Shown here piece by piece: positions 30,105-34,911 of a stretch of 34,911 nt of DNA. The notes beneath the pieces are model-generated. The model had not been told where the DNA came from, did not search any database, and saw only the letters and a list, made by a program, of their open reading frames with translations. The translations under genes and the position numbers were made by a program. This DNA is from Armatimonadota bacterium (GTDB taxonomy: Bacteria > Sysuimicrobiota > Sysuimicrobiia > Sysuimicrobiales > Kaftiobacteriaceae), in the NCBI GenBank assembly GCA_037440005.1, contig JBBIUY010000031.1:1-34911 (forward strand). Reading direction: 5' to 3'. The first letter of the stretch is position 1. Every line of letters starts with the position of its first letter.

Positions 30105-30110
30105 TATAAT
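30105..30110 (+). promoter_or_regulatory. -10 box of the tRNA-Pro promoter
   Basis: Perfect TATAAT 9 nt upstream of the tRNA 5' end. Confidence 0.65.
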
Positions 30111-30119
30111 GAAAACCGT

Positions 30120-30197
30120 CGGGGAGTGGCGCAGCTGGTTTAGCGCGCAGCGTTCGGGACGCTGAGGTCGCCGGTTCAAGTCCGGCCTCCCCGACCA
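30120..30197 (+). tRNA. tRNA-Pro (anticodon CGG)
   Basis: Acceptor stem CGGGGAG/CTCCCCG, D-arm GCGC/GCGC, anticodon stem CAGCG/CGCTG with loop TTCGGGA, T-loop GGTTCAAGTCC, encoded ACCA end. Confidence 0.97.
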
Positions 30198-30356
30198 CCT
30201 CCGCCTTTTCTGACCAACACCGGGTTCCGGTCGCACGTCCCCGCCGGGATCGCTTGCGGGCAGGGCCGGGCGGCACTGAGGGTCTGATCCCCGCATCTGC
30301 CCCGGGCCGGAGAGCCGGTGCGGACGACGCCCGCAGTCGCAGGACGCCCCGGCCGC

Positions 30357-30692
30357 TCAGCTGCGCGCGGTGAGGGACCACGCCACCAGGTGGAGAACCA
30401 GGACGCCGGCGTACACCGCCGCGGCCAGCCGGACAGCCCGCAGCACCCGCGCCTGCCGGGACGGTGCCGTCCGGCCCGCCGCGGCGATCCCCACCGCCAG
30501 CAGCGCCAGGGCGCCGGCCTTGACGCCGATGGGCCACCAGGTGTGCAGCAGGGGACCCAGCCAGGGGTTGGCCTCCGAAAAGGCGCCGCGGGCCACGCCG
30601 ACGTAGGTATACACCAGGTCCAGTTCGTTGGCGATGAGCAGCGACACGTACCACCGCCACAGGTCCCGGCTGGGCACGGATCCCGTCGCCAT
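30357..30692 (-). CDS. Small membrane protein, DUF5658-like (111 aa)
   Basis: About three hydrophobic helices with the pattern N.LD...T....RG..EANP...K. ATG lies downstream of a clear promoter motif. Confidence 0.7.
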   Translation of the reverse strand: MATGSVPSRDLWRWYVSLLIANELDLVYTYVGVARGAFSEANPWLGPLLHTWWPIGVKAGALALLAVGIAAAGRTAPSRQARVLRAVRLAAAVYAGVLVLHLVAWSLTARS

Positions 30693-30722
30693 GGCGCACG
30701 TCCGGGGGAAAACTGGCGCTGC

Positions 30723-30750
30723 ATTCGTCCCGCCGGGCGCGGTCTCCTGC
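30723..30750 (-). promoter_or_regulatory. Sigma-H-like promoter (GCAGGA-N18-GAAT)
   Basis: Minus strand GCAGGA-GACCGCGCCCGGCGGGAC-GAAT, 30 nt upstream of the DUF5658-like ATG. Confidence 0.55.
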
Positions 30751-30752
30751 CG

Positions 30753-31346
30753 GTGAGCCCCGCGGTCATCCGGGAGGTGAAGGTCCTGCCCGACGGCCGC
30801 CGGGAGGAGTATGTCTGCCGGCTGCTGGATCGCTCGTCGACCCACGCGGCGGTGCTGTACCGGGTGCCTTCCGCCCGCCGGGTCGGGCCCCTGCGCCTGC
30901 CCCGGGGTACGCTGACCTACGGGTACTTCTGGGAGGGGCGGCCCTACACCGTCTATCACTGGGTCGGCCCCGACGGGCGCACCCTGGCCTTCTACGTGAA
31001 CGTCGCCGCCGACGTCCGCGTCGGTCCCGGCGAAGTCCGCTGGGTGGACCTGGCGGTGGACCTGCTGTTCAGCCCCGACGGCCGGTCGGTCCGGGTCCTG
31101 GACGCCGGGGAGGCCGCCCGGCTGCCGCCCCCCCTGCGCCGGCGGGCCCAGGCCGGGCGGGAGCATGTCCTGACCCACCGGGACGAGCTGCTCGCCGAGG
31201 TGGCCGCCCTCACCGCCTACCTGCGGGCCCGGACCCGACAGGAATCCGCGGGGAGGGGGCGAACCCTCACCGGGAGTTCTTCGCCCAGACGGCAGCAGCG
31301 GTCGGACCCGTCCACGCAGCGGCGACGCACTCGGGGCGAAAGATGA
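30753..31346 (+). CDS. DUF402 family protein (nucleoside di/triphosphate phosphatase-like)
   Basis: YFWEGRPYTVYHW..PDG...FYVNVA, WVDLAVDLLFSPDG...VLD..E. The start (GTG 30753) and the low-complexity C-terminal tail are uncertain. Confidence 0.75.
   Translation: MSPAVIREVKVLPDGRREEYVCRLLDRSSTHAAVLYRVPSARRVGPLRLPRGTLTYGYFWEGRPYTVYHWVGPDGRTLAFYVNVAADVRVGPGEVRWVDLAVDLLFSPDGRSVRVLDAGEAARLPPPLRRRAQAGREHVLTHRDELLAEVAALTAYLRARTRQESAGRGRTLTGSSSPRRQQRSDPSTQRRRTRGER
31239..31264 (+). promoter_or_regulatory. Putative sigma-H-like promoter upstream of the GT4 gene
   Basis: CAGGA-N17-GAAC (CAGGAATCCGCGGGGAGGGGGCGAAC) in the non-conserved tail of the DUF402 ORF. Confidence 0.4.
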
Positions 31347-31518
31347 CCACCCACCACAGGCGCGCGCGGCCAGAGCGGCTTCGGCCCGGCCACCATCTGT
31401 CCTCTTCGTGCCTGCCGGTGTCCCGGACCGCCCCGGTCCCCTGCCTGCAGAACGCGACCCAGGCCGCCCCCGGGCGGTGCGCCCGGCCGGCGGGTGCGGG
31501 CGGACGGGGGGGCGGGCT

Positions 31519-32694
31519 GTGACGGCGGTGGCGGCGTCCACCGATGCCCTGCGGATTGCGATGTTCAGCGAGTCCTACCTGCCCCGCACGAGCGGCGTGG
31601 CGCACTCGCTGGCCGCGTTCGTCTCCGCCCTGCGGGCCCGCGGGCACCGGGTGGTGGTGGCGGCCCCCCGGGTGAGGGGATACCGGGACGCCGACCCCGA
31701 CGTGGTGCGCTACCCCGCGGTCCCCACCCGGGAGCCGGACTTCTCCCTGGGACTGTGGTGGGCGCCCGGGGCGGAACGGGCCATCGAGGCCGCCCAGCCC
31801 GAGGTCGTCCACACCCACGGCCCGTTTCTGATGGGCCGGGCGGCCGCGCGGGTGGCCCGGCGGCGGGGAGCGCCCCTGGTGTTCACCCACCACACGCTGT
31901 ATGACGAGTACGTCCACTACGCCCCGGGTCCGCGCTGGCTGTGGCGGCCGCTGGTCCGCCGCTACGTGACCCGGTACGCCAACCGCTGCGCCTGCGTCCT
32001 GGCTCCGTCGGCGGCACTGGCCTCCCGCCTGCGCGCCCAGGGCGTGCGCGGCCGGGTTGAGGTCCTCCCCACCGGAGCCATCGACCCCGCCCTGGTGGCG
32101 TCGCTGGACCCAAGATGGGTGCGGCCGGCGTTCGGCATCCCCCCCGGCCGGCCGCTGCTGGTGACGGTCAGCCGTCTGGCGCCGGAAAAGAGCGTGGACC
32201 TGGTCCTGCGCGCCTGCGCCCGCGTGGCGGCCCGCCGCGACGTCGTCCTGCTGGTGGTCGGGACCGGCCCCCAGGAGGCGGCGCTGCGCCGTCTGGCCGA
32301 CCGGCTGGGCCTGGGCGGGCGGGTGGTGTTTGCGGGCTGGCAGCCCCACCGCCGGGCTCTGGAGTGCATGGCGGCCGCGGACGTGTTCGTCTTCGGGTCC
32401 CAGACCGAGACCCAGGGCCTGGTCCTGGTGGAAGCCCTGGCCTGCGGCTGCCCGGTGGTGGCCGTGGACGCCGGCGGGGTGGGCGAGGTGGTCCAGGACG
32501 GACAGACCGGCTTCCTGGTCCCGCCCGCCGCCGACGCCCTGGCCGACAAGGTGCTGGTCCTGCTGGACGATCCCGACCGGCGGGCGGCCCTGGCCGCCCG
32601 GGGGAAGGAGGTCAGCCGACAGTTCGCGCTGCCCGTGCTGGCGCAGCGCCTGGAGCAGATTTACCGGTCCGTGCTGCCCGTCCGTCGGACCTGA
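31519..32694 (+). CDS. GT4 glycosyltransferase, LafA/MGS-like (alpha-monoglucosyl-diacylglycerol synthase family)
   Basis: LRIAMFSESYLPRTSGVAHS, HTHGPF, VFTHHTLYDEYVHY, LPTG, VSRLAPEKS, ETQGLVLVEA. Start approximate. Confidence 0.85.
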   Translation: MTAVAASTDALRIAMFSESYLPRTSGVAHSLAAFVSALRARGHRVVVAAPRVRGYRDADPDVVRYPAVPTREPDFSLGLWWAPGAERAIEAAQPEVVHTHGPFLMGRAAARVARRRGAPLVFTHHTLYDEYVHYAPGPRWLWRPLVRRYVTRYANRCACVLAPSAALASRLRAQGVRGRVEVLPTGAIDPALVASLDPRWVRPAFGIPPGRPLLVTVSRLAPEKSVDLVLRACARVAARRDVVLLVVGTGPQEAALRRLADRLGLGGRVVFAGWQPHRRALECMAAADVFVFGSQTETQGLVLVEALACGCPVVAVDAGGVGEVVQDGQTGFLVPPAADALADKVLVLLDDPDRRAALAARGKEVSRQFALPVLAQRLEQIYRSVLPVRRT

Positions 32695-32756
32695 CGTCGG
32701 ACCACCGATCACTCCCGTCCCGGGCGCAGGCCCGGGCACCCTGGAGGCGACGCACC

Positions 32757-34911
32757 GTGTACCTGAAGCGCCTGGAGCTGCACGGTTTTAAGACCTTCGC
32801 CGACCCCACCGAGCTGGAGTTCACCCCGGGCATCACCGCCCTCGTGGGTCCCAACGGCAGCGGCAAGAGTAACGTCTTCGACGCCATCCGGTGGGTCCTG
32901 GGCGAGATGAGCGCCCGCAGCCTCCGCTCCGGGCGGATGGGGGACGTGATCTTCGCCGGCAGCGAGGCCCGGCGGGCCCTGGGCCAGGCCGAGGTCTCCC
33001 TCACCATCGACAACGAGGCCGGCGTCCTGCCCGTCGACTTTGCCGAGGTCACCGTCACCCGGCGGGCCGTCCGCGGGGCGGAGGGCGAGTACTACCTCAA
33101 CGGGATCCCCTGCCGCCTGCGGGACATCCAGATGCTGTTCTTGGGCACGGGGCTGGGAGGGCGCTCCTACTCCCTGGTCGGCCAGGGGCAGGTGGACAGC
33201 GTGCTGTCGGCCGGCCCCGAGGAGCGCCGCCGGCTGCTGGAGGAGGCGGCCGGACTGGCCCGCCACAAGCGCCGCCGCCGGGAGGCCGACCGCCGCCTGG
33301 CCCAGGCCGCCGCCCACCTGCTGCGGGCCGAAGACCTGCTGGCCGAGCTGCGGGGCCAGCTGGAGCAGCTGCGCGCGCAGGCGGAGGCCGCCGCCGCCTA
33401 CGAGGCGGCCGCCGACGAGATCCGCCGGCTGGACCTGGCTGTGCAGGTGGACGAGACCCGCCGGATCCTCGCCGGCGCCCGGCGGACCGCCGCCCAGGTG
33501 GAGGCGGCCCGCGGCCAGCTGGGCTCGCTGTCCGCCGAGGCCGCGGCTTTGGGGTCGCAGATGGATCACCTGCGCGCGCGCGCCCTGGAGGTGGCCGCAG
33601 CCTGGGACGACGCCCAGCGCGGCCTCCTGCAGGCGGTGGAGGAGCTGGCCGCGCGGGAGTCGGCGATCCAGGTCCTGACCGAACGGATCCGGGCGACCAC
33701 GGCGGCCCGGGCGCGGCTGGCCGCCGAGGGGGAGCAGGTCCTGGCGCAGGGGAGACAGGCCGAGCAGGAGGTTCAGGCCCTGCGGGAGACGGCCCTCCGT
33801 CTGGCGCAGCGCCGGGAGGAGCTGCTGGAGCAGCTGCGGGCGGCGGAGGAGGCCGCCGACGGCGCCCGGCGCGACCTGCTGGACGGGCAGGCCCGGCTGG
33901 CCGCCGCCCAGAAGGACCTGCAGGAACTGCTGGCGGCGCGCCACCGCACCCAGCACGAGATGGCGCGGGTGGACGCCCGCCTGGCCGCCGTCGCCGACCA
34001 GCTGCGCGACCTGCACGACTCCCTGACCGCCCTGGACGCCGAGGAGGCCCGCCTGCGCTCGGCCGCATCCGCCGCCCGCGAGGAACAGGACGTCCTGGAG
34101 CGCCGGCGCGCGGAGGCGGCGCAGCGTCTGGCGGAGGTGCGCGGGAAGATCCAACACTCTGTGGAGGCCCTGCGGGCGGCCGGAGCGCGCCGCCAGCAGC
34201 TGGCCGCCGAGGTGGAGGTGACCTCGCGCACCCTCGACCTCCTGGAGGGCCTGGAACGCGAGCGGGCGGGTCTGGATGGGACGATCCAGCAGGCTCTGGC
34301 CGGGGAGGCCGACGGCCGGCACGGGTCGGGGGAGGTCATCGCAGACGTCCTGTCGGTGCCGCCCCCGTACCGGGCCGCGGTGGAGGCGCTCCTGGGCAGG
34401 GGGCTGTACGCGCTGATCGCCCGGACGGCGGAGGAGGCCTGCGAGGCACTGGAGGTCGTCCGGAGCCGGGGCGGCGGGGCGGCGGTCCTCCCCAGAGACC
34501 TCCTAGTCCCCCGGCCGGCCGACGCGCTGCCCGACGGCGTGGAGGTGGTGGGGAGGGCGGTGGACCTGGTCCAGACCGCCGAACCCATGCGGCCGGTGGC
34601 GGAGGCGCTGCTGGCCGACGCGGTCGTCGTCCGCGCGACGCGCGACGCCGTGACGCTGCGGCGGGCCGGCTACCGGGGCCGGATCGCCACCCTGGACGGC
34701 GTGCTGGTGACCCCCGAGGGACTGATCGTCCAGCCGGCCGCCCCGGACGGATCCGTCCTGGACCGCCGGGAGCAGATCGCCGCCCTGCGCCGGCGCCTGC
34801 ACGATCTGGACGACGAGGTCGCCCGCGCCGAGGCCGACCTGCGCGCGGCGCAGGCCGCCGCCGCCGCGCTGGACGACCAGGCCGCGTCCGCCGCCCAGGA
34901 GGTGGACCGGC
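32757..34911 (+). CDS. smc: Chromosome segregation protein SMC (3' truncated by window edge)
   Basis: GGAGG RBS then GTG. YLKRLELHGFKTFA, Walker A VGPNGSGKSN, DVIFAGS, LVGQG (Q-loop), EEAAG, long coiled coil, hinge at about aa 520-660. Not in the ORF track because it has no stop in the window. Confidence 0.96.
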   Translation, partial: MYLKRLELHGFKTFADPTELEFTPGITALVGPNGSGKSNVFDAIRWVLGEMSARSLRSGRMGDVIFAGSEARRALGQAEVSLTIDNEAGVLPVDFAEVTVTRRAVRGAEGEYYLNGIPCRLRDIQMLFLGTGLGGRSYSLVGQGQVDSVLSAGPEERRRLLEEAAGLARHKRRRREADRRLAQAAAHLLRAEDLLAELRGQLEQLRAQAEAAAAYEAAADEIRRLDLAVQVDETRRILAGARRTAAQVEAARGQLGSLSAEAAALGSQMDHLRARALEVAAAWDDAQRGLLQAVEELAARESAIQVLTERIRATTAARARLAAEGEQVLAQGRQAEQEVQALRETALRLAQRREELLEQLRAAEEAADGARRDLLDGQARLAAAQKDLQELLAARHRTQHEMARVDARLAAVADQLRDLHDSLTALDAEEARLRSAASAAREEQDVLERRRAEAAQRLAEVRGKIQHSVEALRAAGARRQQLAAEVEVTSRTLDLLEGLERERAGLDGTIQQALAGEADGRHGSGEVIADVLSVPPPYRAAVEALLGRGLYALIARTAEEACEALEVVRSRGGGAAVLPRDLLVPRPADALPDGVEVVGRAVDLVQTAEPMRPVAEALLADAVVVRATRDAVTLRRAGYRGRIATLDGVLVTPEGLIVQPAAPDGSVLDRREQIAALRRRLHDLDDEVARAEADLRAAQAAAAALDDQAASAAQEVDR

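Noticed and set aside
30198..30356. Possible ncRNA downstream of tRNA-Pro (imperfect stem around 30256-30296)
   Set aside because: No recognisable SRP, 6S, tmRNA, RNase P or riboswitch motif. Such stems are expected at this GC content.
30120..32756. Genomic island integrated at tRNA-Pro
   Set aside because: No integrase, no duplicated tRNA 3' end found downstream, and no evident compositional shift.

Overview
Very GC-rich bacterial chromosomal segment that is almost entirely housekeeping. It follows the Bacillus/Clostridia-type backbone ileS(T-box)-dksA/ylyA-lspA-rluD-pyrR ... rqcH<>yicC-remA-(kinase)-coaC-priA-def-fmt-yugP-rsmB-rlmN-prkC-rpe ... smc. Around this sit mtnA, a nifZ-like desulfurase/thiI pair, three glycolipid-type glycosyltransferases, an HDAC-family deacetylase, a thioesterase, rpsA and tRNA-Pro(CGG). 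I found no mobile element, CRISPR array or defence system. The unusual signals are subtler. (1) A recurring sigma-H-like promoter motif (CAGGA-N17/18-GAA) lies upstream of glycolipid synthase genes, a DUF5658-like membrane gene, yicC and rpsA. (2) Several core proteins have altered signature motifs: IleRS2 with GVHH/EMHKS, a probable pseudo-Lgt, a helicase-dead PriA, an Smc hinge lacking its glycines, and a stand-alone CoaC. (3) An archaeal-type cytidylate kinase occupies the gmk-rpoZ slot. (4) There are probable CTG start codons and leaderless genes. (5) An internal sigma-70 promoter is written in rare codons inside yicC. (6) Two small intergenic repeat structures are present. All family calls come from recognising motifs by eye; no database searches were run.
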